A stretch of 64,000 bases of DNA from Planctomycetota bacterium (GCA_036479435.1 JAZGFI010000235.1:1-64000), one strand, 5' to 3'. Shown: positions 49,120 to 60,432, counted from the first letter of the stretch. Notes: generated by a model from the sequence alone, not told the origin. Numbers and translations: made by a program.

Positions 49120-51615
49120 ATGAGCGAAAAAGACCCCGAATCAGGCGATCAAGAGGAAGTGGACCTCAATCTCCGAGTGGCCGAGCAACAGCTCGATCAG
49201 GAGATGAAAGAGTCTTACCTGTCCTACGCCATGAGCGTCATTATCCAGCGCGCTCTACCCGATGTGCGCGACGGCCTGAAGCCCTCTCAGCGCCGTATCA
49301 TGGTGGCGATGAACGACCTGAATCTTGGGCCGCGCACGAAGTTTCGCAAGTGCGCCAAGATTGTTGGTGACGCGACGGGTAACTATCACCCGCATGGAGA
49401 CCAGACCGTCTACCCGACACTGGTGCGCCTAGCTCAAGGCTTCAACATGCGCTACAAGCTGATCGACCCGCAGGGGAACTTCGGCTACGTCGACGGCTCA
49501 CCGCCCGCCGCGATGCGCTATACCGAAGCCCGCATGACGGCGTCGGCGACCGAGATGCTCGACGACCTCGAAAAAGACACCGTCGACTTCGAGCCGAACT
49601 ACGACGATACGCGGCTTGAACCCTCGGTGTTGCCCGCACGTTTCCCAAACCTGCTCTGTAACGGATCACAGGGCATTGCCGTCGGGATGGCGACGAGTAT
49701 CCCGCCCCACAACGTGGGGGAGACTTGTGACGCTTTGATCGCGCTCATCGAGAACCCCGACATCGAGTTTGCCGAGATTCTACGGCACATTCCCGGGCCG
49801 GATTTTCCGACGGGCGGCATCATTTGTGGGCGCGCTGGCATTACCAAGGCCTATCTTACCGGCCGAGGCCTGATCACGGTGCGCGGTAAGGTTGATATCG
49901 AGCAAAAGCGGGGTGATCGCCAAGCCATCGTCATTACCGAGCTGCCCTACCAGGTCAATCCCAACACGATCTTCGACCGCCTCAAGATCTTGATCGCCGA
50001 CGGCATCATCAAGGGCATTACGAACGTCAACGACGAAACGGACCGCCGAGCCGGCCTCCGCTTGGTTATTGACATCAAGCGCGGCGAGAACGCCGAGCTT
50101 ATTACGAATCAGCTCTACAAGATGACGCCGTTGCAGTCGACTTTCAGCATCATCATGTTGGCCCTCGACAAAGGGCGGCCCCGCACCTTTGATTTGAAGG
50201 GGATGTTGGAGGCGTTCCGCGATCACCGCATCGTCGTCATTCAGCGTCGGACGCGCTACTTGTTGCGCAAAGCACTTGACCGCTGCCACATCGTGGAAGG
50301 TCTAAGAATTGCCGTCGCCAACATCGACGAAGTCGTTCGACTGATTCGGGAATCGAAAAACCCGGAGTTGGCACGCGATGCTCTAATCGCGACCTTTGAG
50401 CTGTCGAAGCGCCAAGCGGACGCCATCTTGGCCATGCGTTTGGCGCGCCTCACGGGCCTTGAAGTCACCAAACTCGAGGAGGAGTACCGTCTTCTTCTTG
50501 AAGAGATCGAACGTCTGAAGTCGATCCTGGGTGATGTCTCAATCGTCCACGGCATGATCATGGACGACCTTCGGGAGATGAAGGAAAAGTTTGGCGACCC
50601 GCGCCGGACCGCTATCGAAGAAGTTGAGACCGAGATCGAAGACGAGTCTTTGATCGAAGACGAGTCCGTCATAGTTTCCGTGTCGCACTCTGGCTACATC
50701 AAACGTGCGGTCACTGAGACCTATCGTGCCCAGGGTCGAGGCGGCAAGGGAGTGGCGGGCGCCGATCTGAAAGACGGCGACTTCATCGAACGGATCATCG
50801 CCGCGCGCACGAAGGACTTCTTCCTCATCTTTACCGACCGGGGTCGGATGCACTGGTTGAAGGTCTACCGAATCCCTGAGATGTCGCGGACGAGCCGCGG
50901 CCGGGCCGTCGTGAATCTCTTGCAGCTGCAAGACGACGAATCGGTGACCTCGATCATCCCTGTTCGCGAATTCGATGAGCGCTTTTTGGTCATGGTCACG
51001 GAGAAGGGCTTCATCAAAAAAACGCCCCTTTCCGCCTTCAGCAACGTACGTTCCGCCGGCATCATCGCGATCTCGCTGGACGAAGGTGATCGGCTCCGCA
51101 AGGCCGTCATCACCGAAGGCGAAAACGAGATCCTCGTCGCCACAGCTTCGGGTCAGGCCATTCGCTTCCCGGAGACGGGAGTGCGACCGATGGGCCGCAC
51201 CGCGCGAGGCGTTCGCGCCCTGAAGTTCAAAAAAGAAGACGATCGGGTCGTGGGTGTCGTCGTGATCCAAGACGACACGACCTTGCTGACCATCTGTGAG
51301 GGTGGCTACGGCAAGCGCACCGAATTCTCGGAATACCGGGCCCAAGGTCGCGGTGGTTCCGGTATTCGCAACATCAAGACCCCAGAACGCAACGGATCAG
51401 TGGTGAACGTCTTGGCGGTTCGTGATGACGAGGACCTCATCTTCATGTCCGAAAAGGGCATGGTCATGCGGACGGGCGTCGACACAGTTTCTCTTATTGG
51501 TCGTGACACTCAAGGCGTTCGGGTGATGGGCTTAAAGCCCGAAGACCGCCTCGTCGCCTGTGCCATCTTGGCCAGGGAGCCGGACGAAGTGGTTCCCGAG
51601 GAAGAAGAATCTTGA
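49120..51615 (+). CDS. gyrA: DNA gyrase subunit A
   Basis: [41 protein letters not shown], GyrA-box QGRGGKG, C-terminal pinwheel blades. Confidence 0.97.
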   Translation: MSEKDPESGDQEEVDLNLRVAEQQLDQEMKESYLSYAMSVIIQRALPDVRDGLKPSQRRIMVAMNDLNLGPRTKFRKCAKIVGDATGNYHPHGDQTVYPTLVRLAQGFNMRYKLIDPQGNFGYVDGSPPAAMRYTEARMTASATEMLDDLEKDTVDFEPNYDDTRLEPSVLPARFPNLLCNGSQGIAVGMATSIPPHNVGETCDALIALIENPDIEFAEILRHIPGPDFPTGGIICGRAGITKAYLTGRGLITVRGKVDIEQKRGDRQAIVITELPYQVNPNTIFDRLKILIADGIIKGITNVNDETDRRAGLRLVIDIKRGENAELITNQLYKMTPLQSTFSIIMLALDKGRPRTFDLKGMLEAFRDHRIVVIQRRTRYLLRKALDRCHIVEGLRIAVANIDEVVRLIRESKNPELARDALIATFELSKRQADAILAMRLARLTGLEVTKLEEEYRLLLEEIERLKSILGDVSIVHGMIMDDLREMKEKFGDPRRTAIEEVETEIEDESLIEDESVIVSVSHSGYIKRAVTETYRAQGRGGKGVAGADLKDGDFIERIIAARTKDFFLIFTDRGRMHWLKVYRIPEMSRTSRGRAVVNLLQLQDDESVTSIIPVREFDERFLVMVTEKGFIKKTPLSAFSNVRSAGIIAISLDEGDRLRKAVITEGENEILVATASGQAIRFPETGVRPMGRTARGVRALKFKKEDDRVVGVVVIQDDTTLLTICEGGYGKRTEFSEYRAQGRGGSGIRNIKTPERNGSVVNVLAVRDDEDLIFMSEKGMVMRTGVDTVSLIGRDTQGVRVMGLKPEDRLVACAILAREPDEVVPEEEES

Positions 51616-51843
51616 TGGCTCGCAAAAAACCGCAGGCCTCAGCTTGCAAGACCACGAATCCCGTTGAGATCCTGGAGAATTTGGGGAGTATTTCTGAACT
51701 TAGCGAACTTGATGGCGCACAAAGCTTTAGCGAAGCGCCGATCTCCACGAGAGCGTGTTTTTAGCAGATTTGAGACAGATTTTGCGCCGTTTTGGGCTGA
51801 ACCTCGCCAAGAGGAGTGGGAAAAACGGTGCTTAGGGCTCGTT

Positions 51844-51882
51844 GGTAGCGCCAAGGCTTAACAGCCTTGGCGCTATCTTTTT
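51844..51882 (+). terminator. Intrinsic terminator downstream of gyrA
   Basis: TAGCGCCAAGGC-N6-GCCTTGGCGCTA followed by TCTTTTT. Confidence 0.8.
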
Positions 51883-52199
51883 AGCTCGACTTTAGGCGCG
51901 TCGGACGCCAGTTCTCGTTGCCCTTCGCTGTGCCGACCTTTCCTATCTGGATTCTTTGGATCGATGAACCTGGAGGTGCCGCGCCGCGTTTAGGTAGCGG
52001 GCCCCAGCCTGATCAGGTGCCACCCTGGCGAATCTTGAGAGGGAGGTGGAGGCCCACCGCTTGATGCACCAGCAAAGCCTTCCTATTTTACTCTCCTGCC
52101 AAGGGCGGAGCGAGAATCTAAGCCTCGTTGCCATAGGCAGTTAAATATCAAACCCTGCCCTCCAAGGTGGGGACTTTCAGCCGAGAGAGCGAGTTTTCG

Positions 52200-53333
52200 A
52201 TGTCGCACCCTGTCAAAATAGCGATCTTCTTTACGACGCTGGCTCTTTTCTTGCTGCCTCACAGTGGCTGGGCTCAAAGCGCGCGGGCCAAGGTTGCCTA
52301 TCGCAACAGCAGCGGCACCGAGCGTAGTGAGCGCGGAGACGTCTTGAGCCACAGTTGCCGCGGTTTAGTGATGAAGCGCCGTGGTGGTCAAAAAACAATC
52401 GCCGAAGACGATTTGATTAGTGTCACCTACTCGAAACTACCGAACGGCTATGTGGCCGCGATGGAACTCTTTCAGACCGGCGGTTACTACGAGGCCATCG
52501 ACGCTCTGCTCGAGATTCTGCCGGAAGTCGAAAAAAAGAAGTCTCTCAGCTGGGCGAAGCAGGAAATTTACTTCCACGCTTCAGAGGCGGCCTACCGAGT
52601 GGGCGACTACGCCGCCGCGGCCGAGTACGCCAAGACCCTCAGCTCAAAGATCGCCGATACGCGCTACCGGCCGCAACTTGAATTGCGCAGCGCGGGCGAT
52701 TTACTCGCCGCGGGAAAATACAAAGAGGCTTTGGCCGCCTACGGGAAGACGAGTTCGGGGGGACCGAAAAAGTACTCCGCGAGTTTCGTGCTCGCGGGTG
52801 CCGTCGGCAAAGTTCGGACCCACCTCCATGCGGGCAATCTCGAATCGGCGATGTCGGCCGTGAAAGCAGCGGAAGCCCTCGTGAAGAAGCCCGAGGGCAA
52901 AGACCTCGTCGCGGCCTGGAAAGCCCGTACGCTCGTTGCACAAAAGAAGTTTGCGGACGCAGCGAACCAGCTCAGCGCTTTGCTTCTCAAAGCCAGCGCC
53001 AACAAGCGTTATCAAAGACAACCGGCGCTCTTGGCCGTGGCGGCGAACGGACTCGGTGATATTGCTTTCCAAAAGCAAGACTTCGAGAAGGCCGCCCTGG
53101 AGTACTCTAAGACCTTCGCTCTTTTCGGCGACCTGGCCGACCTTCGTCACGATGTCGGCTGGGCGACCTGGCAGTTCTCCCTGTGTTGCAAGCGAATCGC
53201 CACCTCGACGAAGGAAGACGATAAGCGAAAAGTCTACACGGGCCGCCATCGCAGGATGCGCGAACGCGCCGCGGAAGATTTTCAAATGACGCGAGGGGGT
53301 CAACTCGCTCGTAAGGAACTCGGTATGAACTAA
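52200..53333 (+). CDS. Exported TPR-like protein
   Basis: Signal peptide ending in GWA-Q; repeated A..G.Y..A helical pairs. Confidence 0.7.
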   Translation: MSHPVKIAIFFTTLALFLLPHSGWAQSARAKVAYRNSSGTERSERGDVLSHSCRGLVMKRRGGQKTIAEDDLISVTYSKLPNGYVAAMELFQTGGYYEAIDALLEILPEVEKKKSLSWAKQEIYFHASEAAYRVGDYAAAAEYAKTLSSKIADTRYRPQLELRSAGDLLAAGKYKEALAAYGKTSSGGPKKYSASFVLAGAVGKVRTHLHAGNLESAMSAVKAAEALVKKPEGKDLVAAWKARTLVAQKKFADAANQLSALLLKASANKRYQRQPALLAVAANGLGDIAFQKQDFEKAALEYSKTFALFGDLADLRHDVGWATWQFSLCCKRIATSTKEDDKRKVYTGRHRRMRERAAEDFQMTRGGQLARKELGMN

Positions 53334-53593
53334 GGGCTCGGTCAAGAATAAGTTCGCAGAGTTCGCACTCAGATTTGCGTCAGATTTGGTTCGGGCGATT
53401 GAGCACGGACCGAAGATGGCGTGAAGCTGAGCGGCGAGAATGTGAAGTTATTTTTGATTGAGCCCTAAGAGCGCGCGCCCTGATTCCTCGCTCGAGATTG
53501 GCTCGGCGAGGTGCTGCGATTTTGTTCGCATGGGCGCGTCAACGGCGAAGTCTCAGGGGTACTCCCGATTGATTCTGAGAGCACGAGGCACCG

Positions 53594-55600
53594 GTGGCAC
53601 CTGCTAAGAAGAAACGTCTGATCTTTGCTGGCCTCCTTGGCCTTCTCATCGCCCTCGTCGCCATTTGGGTTTTCCGCCATGTCTACGACCCCTTCGCGGA
53701 TGACGTCGAGGACTTGGCGCTCTTGCTGCCCCAAGACATCGACTTTTTCGTAGAGATCGACGACTTCCCCAGCTTCGTGCGCGGCCTCGAAAACCGCGAG
53801 TTCTTCTCGCGGCTTGACCGCAACCGTGACATCCAGGCCTTCCTTTCGAGCCCGCGGGTCGAGGAGACGGAGTTCATCCCCTTGCTGCGGAATGCCTTGC
53901 GAGAGGTCAATCGCGCTCAGTCCAATCCCGACATCCCACTGGGCTTGGAGGTGCTGGGAGACCTGTCGGGGACTCAAGTTGTCGTCGGCGGCTACTTGCC
54001 CAAGAACGACGGCGAAGACATCAAGATGATGGTTTGCTTCAAGCCGGAGTCGGTGAAGGCGATCGTCGCGATCAACGCGGTCCTCGACGAGACGATCTTC
54101 AAGTTTTTTGTCGAAGACCGCTTGCCGGATGTTGAGGTCGTTCACCGTAATTGGGGGGCTGAGCTAACCATCGTCCAAGACGGCAAGCGGCAAGTTTGGG
54201 CCTTAGCCAGAATTGAGAATGCGGTCATCATTGGCAATGAGCTGGATTTAGTGAAACGCAGTGTCAATCGCGTACGCCGCGATGGGATCTTACAGGTTCG
54301 ACCGCGACGGCTCGAGGGTCGGTGGGTGTTTGAAGGTGCTAGCGGGGCCACCATCCGAGCCGCGATGTCGCAGGGGACCGCGGGCGAGAAAGTGAGCATC
54401 ATCGACCGTTTCTTGGCTCCTCTGTGGGGCCAAGATTCAGCCAGTGCTTTCGAGAGCATCTTTCCGAGCTTCGAGGGGGATGACTTACGCCTGGGCTTGG
54501 AAATCGACGAGGTCTTCACCGCGAAGTTGGCGATTGAGTCCGTTGCTCGCCATCGCCCGAGCCCTTTTGAAGAGATGACGAGCCTGAATGTCGAACGGGT
54601 CGAGTCCCAGTTTGAAGATGTCCTCGAAAAACTTCCTCACTATGTATTTGGCTACGGCTACATCTCTAGCCGGCCGGGTACGCTGGTATCTCACCTGTTC
54701 AACCAACCGGGTTTGGTCGACGCTGACAAGCGGGCGCTTTGGTTCGAAGAACTGGCCAAGAACATGCCGAGGTTTGCCGACGCCCCCATGGGCGGTGACG
54801 GGGTGCCCGATCTCGTGCCCCGGTTGCAGCGCGAGTTTGATACGGCCTTTGGCCGCGGTGTCGGATTTGCGTTGTTCAAAAAAGAGCGCGATGACGGAGG
54901 CGAGAACAAGGAGCCGGGACTGGCGCTCGTTCTGGATGTCAACGACCGAACTTTCATCGAAGAGTTGATCCAAGCCCTAGGCGCCATCGCTGGCGAAGAT
55001 CGCCGCGCGCTTGAACGCGAAGAGATCGACGGCGACGTCTTTTGGCGGGTCGCGAACACCTCATTTTTGGACGACGCTGAGAACAACCGACCTGGTTTCG
55101 CGCTGATTGGCGATCACTTTGTCATCACCAACTGGTACCGACTTCTCGAGGACTACCGTGCCGTGAGTCGCCGCGAACTCGCCAGTTTTGGGGCCGTGAA
55201 CGCCATTCGCGACGGGATCGATCGGTCCGAAGACTGGACCCGCGGGTTCTTTTTCCTCGACTCGGCTCGGCTCTACGCCTATATGGATGACGCGAAGCCG
55301 GGTTGGATTAAAGAGCGCATGGTAGTCAGCGACGAGGATACCTTTGCCGCGGCCCGCAAGTTTGAACTCGAAGCGGAGCGTCGCCGCTTGCCCGCGGAGG
55401 GCCGCGATCTTTGGATTGACCAGCAGGTGGAAGTCTGGTTGAGAAACGAAAGGCAAAGTCGTAATGAGCAGGCGATAGCCCACGAGATTGATCAGTATCT
55501 GGACTACTTCCGAGCTGCTTTTGAATCCGTATTCATCTCCGTCGGCCAAGTCGACGACGAGGTGAGGATTGGCCTCAGACTCTTGGCTTCCCAGCTTTAG
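53594..55600 (+). CDS. Hypothetical membrane-anchored periplasmic protein
   Basis: 668-aa ORF; KKKR plus one N-terminal TM; acidic soluble remainder. Confidence 0.7.
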   Translation: MAPAKKKRLIFAGLLGLLIALVAIWVFRHVYDPFADDVEDLALLLPQDIDFFVEIDDFPSFVRGLENREFFSRLDRNRDIQAFLSSPRVEETEFIPLLRNALREVNRAQSNPDIPLGLEVLGDLSGTQVVVGGYLPKNDGEDIKMMVCFKPESVKAIVAINAVLDETIFKFFVEDRLPDVEVVHRNWGAELTIVQDGKRQVWALARIENAVIIGNELDLVKRSVNRVRRDGILQVRPRRLEGRWVFEGASGATIRAAMSQGTAGEKVSIIDRFLAPLWGQDSASAFESIFPSFEGDDLRLGLEIDEVFTAKLAIESVARHRPSPFEEMTSLNVERVESQFEDVLEKLPHYVFGYGYISSRPGTLVSHLFNQPGLVDADKRALWFEELAKNMPRFADAPMGGDGVPDLVPRLQREFDTAFGRGVGFALFKKERDDGGENKEPGLALVLDVNDRTFIEELIQALGAIAGEDRRALEREEIDGDVFWRVANTSFLDDAENNRPGFALIGDHFVITNWYRLLEDYRAVSRRELASFGAVNAIRDGIDRSEDWTRGFFFLDSARLYAYMDDAKPGWIKERMVVSDEDTFAAARKFELEAERRRLPAEGRDLWIDQQVEVWLRNERQSRNEQAIAHEIDQYLDYFRAAFESVFISVGQVDDEVRIGLRLLASQL

Positions 55601-55658
55601 GCCGGGCTTTTTGGTCTGGAAGTCCGGGGCGCGCGCCCTATAATCCCCCAGCTACTGA

Positions 55659-55744
<86 letters not shown>

Positions 55745-55751
55745 CTCTTTG

Positions 55752-55833
55752 AAAGACCAACGCAAGCTGGTCTTTTTTGAAGACCAACGCAAGCTGGTCT
55801 TTTTTGAAGACCAACGCAAGTTGGTCTTTTTTT
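55752..55833 (+). repeat. Three tandem 27-bp copies of an intrinsic terminator
   Basis: (R)AAGACCAACGCAAGYTGGTCTTTTTT units at 55752, 55779 and 55806; hairpin with GCAA tetraloop and T-tract. Confidence 0.9.
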
Positions 55834-56020
55834 ATCGCACACTCAAAGTGATCCTTCTTGAACACCTGACCTGAGCCAGTCTTTTCCCTGCCGCAGGGCG
55901 CGAGCCAACGCTCATCGCGCGCACCATCCCCCCTCCAATACCATCGGACACGAAGAAGGCCCCCGGCGGCGATAGCCACCGGGAGCCCCCCAGCTAATGC
56001 TTTGCGTTTAGGTCTAGGGC

Positions 56021-57007
56021 CTAAGGCCAGACGTAGCGCTTGACCGAGCTTTGCGATTCCAAAGTTCCTGCGAAGACGACGGCGAGCACGTAGTCAAAAG
56101 TGGTCCCCGAGGGGACGGCGGCCGACGATACGAAGGTCGAGTAGTCGCCCATGGGGTCCGTCCCGGTGTGGAGACCGGCGGTGCCGAAGGGCAAAGACAG
56201 GATGTCGAAGATCAAGGGATCAAGGTAAAGGCCCAGAAGCGGACCACCACCGATGGGGCCACCGAGGTTGCCGCTGATCAAGTTGTAGAATTCGCGCGAA
56301 GGTTGAACCGTGTGGACGGCAATCATCTGCGATGCGCCTTGGTCACTAAAGGTGACGCTGTCGGCTTCAAAGCCGGTGCCCGCGGCGAAGTCGAAGTTGT
56401 CGAAGTAGCCGCGCGAGCCTTGCGTGCCGGTGTTCAAGTTGCCGATATGTAAAGTCACCGTGAAAATCGTCGACGTCGTTGCGGTCGGGAAGAGAGCTCC
56501 GAGATCGGCGCTGATGTTAGATATCGGGCTTGTGGAGCTGCCTGCGGCGGATGAAGGCGTGCCGCCGGGCGTGTCGCTCGCATCGAGGTGCATGATGTTG
56601 TAGACGATGGCGCCGTCACTGACGCTCGCTTCCATGAAGTCACCGTTCGTGGCATCCAAGCTCACGAACTGGCAATCGAAGGTCAAGAGCGTGTTCGACT
56701 CGTTGGGAGTCGAAAAAGTCTGTGAGAGCTGCGCGGTCCCCGTTGCATCGCTGCCGGCGCCGCCTTCATTCGAATGTGGGGTTCCAGGCCCGGTGCTTGC
56801 CCCAAAGAACGACAGGAAGAACGAGCCGGCGGTCGGCATGTCCGCGTCGGTAAAAACAGTCGCTCCCGGCGAGCCTCCGCCCGCAGGCGTCCAGTCGTTT
56901 GGAACTCCAAAATTACTCTCGAAGCCAGGATTGGCAAGTTGCGCCGATGCGCTCAGACCGCAGGTCGCGATCAGAGCGATGGCGAGGATGATTCGTGTCG
57001 CGTTCAT
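56021..57007 (-). CDS. Secreted Gly/Ser/Thr-rich beta protein (NPGFE N-terminus, CBM-like)
   Basis: Signal peptide ending in ASA-Q, LANPGFES, YFDNF; GGAG RBS before ATG 57007. Confidence 0.7.
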   Translation of the reverse strand: MNATRIILAIALIATCGLSASAQLANPGFESNFGVPNDWTPAGGGSPGATVFTDADMPTAGSFFLSFFGASTGPGTPHSNEGGAGSDATGTAQLSQTFSTPNESNTLLTFDCQFVSLDATNGDFMEASVSDGAIVYNIMHLDASDTPGGTPSSAAGSSTSPISNISADLGALFPTATTSTIFTVTLHIGNLNTGTQGSRGYFDNFDFAAGTGFEADSVTFSDQGASQMIAVHTVQPSREFYNLISGNLGGPIGGGPLLGLYLDPLIFDILSLPFGTAGLHTGTDPMGDYSTFVSSAAVPSGTTFDYVLAVVFAGTLESQSSVKRYVWP

Positions 57008-57255
57008 GCTCACTCCGTCAAAGGAAAGGCCCAGGATGGGGCCGTCACGAAAACTAATGTCTTGGGCTTTGGCTGCAGGCCCGAATAACAACCAGCCGGG
57101 CTCAGCCATGGCCTCGACTCTTGCGAGGCATCGTGGGGGTGAAATCAGGGCTAGTGATAGACCAGCCGTTCCGGCATTGAAACCGAATGTGCTCCCGGGG
57201 CCCAGCCTTTTCTAGAAACCAGTCGATATCCAGGGGCATGAACACCCAGCTTTCT

Positions 57256-57283
57256 TCAAGTTTCAGTGGGTATTTGCCGAAGA
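57256..57283 (+). promoter_or_regulatory. Putative sigma28 promoter upstream of the flgM-like gene
   Basis: TCAAGTTT-N12-GCCGAAGA resembles TAAAGTTT-N11-GCCGATAA; a second -10-like GCCGATAG lies at 57448. Confidence 0.4.
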
Positions 57284-57527
57284 TAGAGAGTCTCTAGATC
57301 TCTGCGGGGGCCGCATTGGACCCGGAGCGGGCAAGACCCGTGAAAAACACGGTCTCAGCCGCTTGGGCTAAATAACGTTGCGGCAAAGACTTCCTGCGAA
57401 ACAGCTCAAAGCTGCGAAAAGGACTCGGAAAAAGCCTCAAGGCTTTGGCCGATAGTCCTAAAAGAGAAATGGAAGAAAAGCTAGTGAATGAGGCCCCCCG
57501 GGGCCCCGAGGCAGAAAGGAGTATCCG

Positions 57528-57830
57528 ATGGACATTCATGGGATCGGACCCAAGGCCGGATCGTCGGCTGCAAATAGTCACAAAACCACCAAAACTCAGG
57601 GTGGGACTAAGGGCGAGGCTCACGCCGAGCTGTCCAGTGCCACCGACTTCTTTGAGAACTCTGGGAAGCTGGGCCGTGTTCGGGCTCTCATCAACGACTT
57701 GGTGCAGGTTCCCGACTTTGACCTCGAGGCGGTAGCGCGAGGCAAGGAGCTCCTTGAGTCAGGAGCACTTGATTCGGCCGAAGCCTTCGAAGGTGCGGCC
57801 GAGGGATTTCTAAGTGGCGACGCTTACTAG
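57528..57830 (+). CDS. FlgM-like anti-sigma28 factor
   Basis: AAGGAG RBS; MDIHGI start, low-complexity N-half, AELS, and a VPD...V...KELLESG C-terminal helix pattern like FlgM; fliA 3.3 kb away. Confidence 0.6.
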   Translation: MDIHGIGPKAGSSAANSHKTTKTQGGTKGEAHAELSSATDFFENSGKLGRVRALINDLVQVPDFDLEAVARGKELLESGALDSAEAFEGAAEGFLSGDAY

Positions 57831-57870
57831 TTAGCTTCGCTGGGCTAGGCGCCCAGATATCCAGACAACA

Positions 57871-57909
57871 AAGACCCGGCCCGAGGGAGTTACCTTCGGG
57901 CCGGGTCTT
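57871..57909. terminator. Hairpin terminator between convergent flgM-like and GT2 genes
   Basis: AAGACCCGGCCCGAGGG-N5-CCTTCGGGCCGGGTCTT. Confidence 0.75.
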
Positions 57910-57934
57910 GTTGGTTGAGACGAAACGTCTTTTC

Positions 57935-59506
57935 TTAAGCGGTCTCAGCTGAGACGGAGGCTGTGGCCAGAGTTGGGCGAGCTTGCACCACGGACTTGTA
58001 GCCGACGTAACCAAAGCCCCAAAAGAACAAGAACAAAAACGGTACGGCCATCCAGAGGCCTTGCCAGACGGCGTAAAGCAAGACCATAAAGAAGTAAGCG
58101 GCGAAGAAGAGTTCAAGCATGGGCATCATGCTGCGGCGCGCCTTGTATTTCTTGGCTTTCCAGGCGTCCTTATCGTGTTCGCCCGCGAGATACTTCGGCG
58201 TGCGAACGAAAGGACTTTCGTGCCCAAACAAAGCCTCGAACACGGCTTTTGATTGACTTAGGCAAAGCCCGATGCCAATCGCCATCAACAGCGGCATGTA
58301 GTGAAGCCGTTGGTACCAGCGCGAATTGATCTGACGTTCGGAATAGGTGTAGAACGACAAGATGCTGACGGTCGCGCCGACGAAGAGACTGACGTCGAAG
58401 AAAATGGCCCACCACCCGGTCAGCATCTGACTCCGGTAGTAAAGAGCTGGCATCATCAAGATGCTCAGCAAGACCATTAAGGGGTAGGTCAGGTTGTTGC
58501 ACAAATGGAAGGTCGCTTCGATCTTCACTTTCAGTGGTTGCGAACTCTTCCAAACCGGGCCTAGGAGCTTGAGCATCGCTTGAATGAAGCCTTTCGCCCA
58601 ACGATGCTGCTGGCTTTTGAAGCCGTTCATGTCGACCGGCAACTCCGCCGGAACTGCTTGGTCAACGAGGTAGACCCCCTTCCAACCCTTTAGCTGGCAG
58701 CGGTAGGAGAGGTCGCAATCTTCAACGAGGGTGTCGTGTTCCCAGCCTCCGGCATCGGCGATCGTGGCCTTGCGCCACGTGCCCGCCGTTCCCGAGAAGG
58801 TGAAGAAGCGACCCGAGCGATGGCGTGCCGTGTGCTCAAGAACGAAATGCCCGTTTAAGAACAGGGCCTGGAGTTTCGTGAGAAGGGAGTGGTTCTCGTT
58901 GAGGTGAGCCCAGCGAGCTTGCACAAACCCGACCTTGGGGTCACTGAAGTGGTGGACCTGGCGTCGGATGAAATCTTTGGTCGGAACAAAGTCGGCGTCG
59001 AACATGACGATAAACTCGCCACGGCAGATCTTCAGACCTTCGTCTAGGGCACCAGCCTTGTAGCCGTTGCGATTGCTGCGGTGGATGTGGCTGATGTCGA
59101 AGCCTTTGTCCGCCCACTTGGCGACATGAGCTCGGCAAATCTCGACGGTTTCATCGGTCGAATCGTCGAGCACCTGAATCTCAAGTTTGTCGCGCGGGTA
59201 GTCGATGGAACACACCGCATCGAGCAGGCGCCGAACGACATACATCTCGTTGAAGACGGCCAACTGAACCGTCACGACCGGAAGGTCGGCTTCGGCGAAA
59301 GGCGCCAGGGCTTGCGGGGCGTTCTTTTTGTAGCGCGCGTAAGTGGCCATGATCGTGTAGCGGTGAACGCCAAAAAGCCACAGCACAAACAAGACGACCG
59401 CGTAGAGACCAAGCACGAAAATCTTGAGCCATCCGGCGTCATCGGGGGCCATCACAGCACCCTGAATTATTCCGTCATTGAAAACGGCAAAACCGGTCCC
59501 AAACAT
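57935..59506 (-). CDS. Processive GT2 glycosyltransferase (cellulose synthase-like)
   Basis: LDDSTD, KAGAL, FDADF, VQARW, VED, QQHRW (D,D,D,QxxRW); flanking TMs. Confidence 0.9.
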   Translation of the reverse strand: MFGTGFAVFNDGIIQGAVMAPDDAGWLKIFVLGLYAVVLFVLWLFGVHRYTIMATYARYKKNAPQALAPFAEADLPVVTVQLAVFNEMYVVRRLLDAVCSIDYPRDKLEIQVLDDSTDETVEICRAHVAKWADKGFDISHIHRSNRNGYKAGALDEGLKICRGEFIVMFDADFVPTKDFIRRQVHHFSDPKVGFVQARWAHLNENHSLLTKLQALFLNGHFVLEHTARHRSGRFFTFSGTAGTWRKATIADAGGWEHDTLVEDCDLSYRCQLKGWKGVYLVDQAVPAELPVDMNGFKSQQHRWAKGFIQAMLKLLGPVWKSSQPLKVKIEATFHLCNNLTYPLMVLLSILMMPALYYRSQMLTGWWAIFFDVSLFVGATVSILSFYTYSERQINSRWYQRLHYMPLLMAIGIGLCLSQSKAVFEALFGHESPFVRTPKYLAGEHDKDAWKAKKYKARRSMMPMLELFFAAYFFMVLLYAVWQGLWMAVPFLFLFFWGFGYVGYKSVVQARPTLATASVSAETA

Positions 59507-59757
59507 CGCATTGCCTCACTCTGTCACGAGTCACCTAAGACTCAATTGGCGTCGCGGCCACCCCGCATTCGAAATGACGCCCGATGATTTTGACGCGGCT
59601 GGAATAGTGAGTCCGGGATGACCCGCACTTGGCGCCTGCCAAGGGACTTCATCCGCGGGCCGGGGATTCAATTCGCGTACAAGATCTACGGGGAGTATAG
59701 CCCTGGCCGAATGGCCATCAAGCGTACCCAGGGGCGGGACAGCCACTGTTTTCGATC

Positions 59758-60432
59758 TTATGGATCGGAGCTGGGAGGAGCCGGGCGGCGCTTCAGGGCC
59801 CGATCGAGCGTTGCGATGGTGCGATCGGCCACAAACTGGCGAAAGAGCCGAGGAGAAATGAGGACCTTTTCATGCTCAATGAGCGAGCGATTTGGGTCTT
59901 GGTAATGAACATCATAATAATTATGAGCATCTGCCGCGACCCGCTGGTCGTTGGCATCGAGCCGAAAATCGCTGGCCCAGGCCACGCGACCCGTTCGACA
60001 GTCCAAAAGGAACAAGCGAACACCGAGTCGGATGGAGGGGTAGGTGCGAGACTCGGTGATCGACCCCGCCAGAACGCCGTCCACTCCGAATCGTCGGTTC
60101 AGGGCACGGAGGTCCTCCGTGCTGTAGGTCCCGCGGTTGCGAGCGCTGCTCAGATTGATGTCGTCGAGATCCCGCTCAGAAATGGGAAGAGCTTCGAAAA
60201 GACCACGTTGAGTGATGGCGCCTCGAAGCTCTTCTCGAAAGCTCGCGGCCGTCTTGTCGTCGAATCCTTCGATCTCGAAGGGGATCAAAGCGACCCGCTC
60301 GAAGCGTTGCGGTGCTCGATCGGGCCTTTCGTAGGGGATGATGTCTTGGATTCCTGGGGTGCGATCGAGAATGATGCAACCGCCAAGGCCCAGACTGATC
60401 GCCAAGGTGAAGATGGGAAACAGCGTTCTCAT
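59758..60432 (-). CDS. Lipoprotein, CsgG/LpoB-like alpha/beta fold suspected
   Basis: Lipobox LGGC; RVALIPF, GVDGVLAGSIT, LLDCRTGRVAW. Confidence 0.65.
   Translation of the reverse strand: MRTLFPIFTLAISLGLGGCIILDRTPGIQDIIPYERPDRAPQRFERVALIPFEIEGFDDKTAASFREELRGAITQRGLFEALPISERDLDDINLSSARNRGTYSTEDLRALNRRFGVDGVLAGSITESRTYPSIRLGVRLFLLDCRTGRVAWASDFRLDANDQRVAADAHNYYDVHYQDPNRSLIEHEKVLISPRLFRQFVADRTIATLDRALKRRPAPPSSDP

Noticed and set aside
51883..52199. Structured ncRNA in the gap after gyrA
   Set aside because: No recognisable tmRNA, RNase P, SRP or 6S signature by eye; cannot be supported without a covariance search
55752..55833. CRISPR array
   Set aside because: The 27-bp units are contiguous with no unique spacers, no cas genes are nearby, and each unit is a terminator hairpin
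55745..57200. Genomic island integrated at tRNA-Leu
   Set aside because: No integrase or transposase and no duplicated tRNA 3' end found in the window
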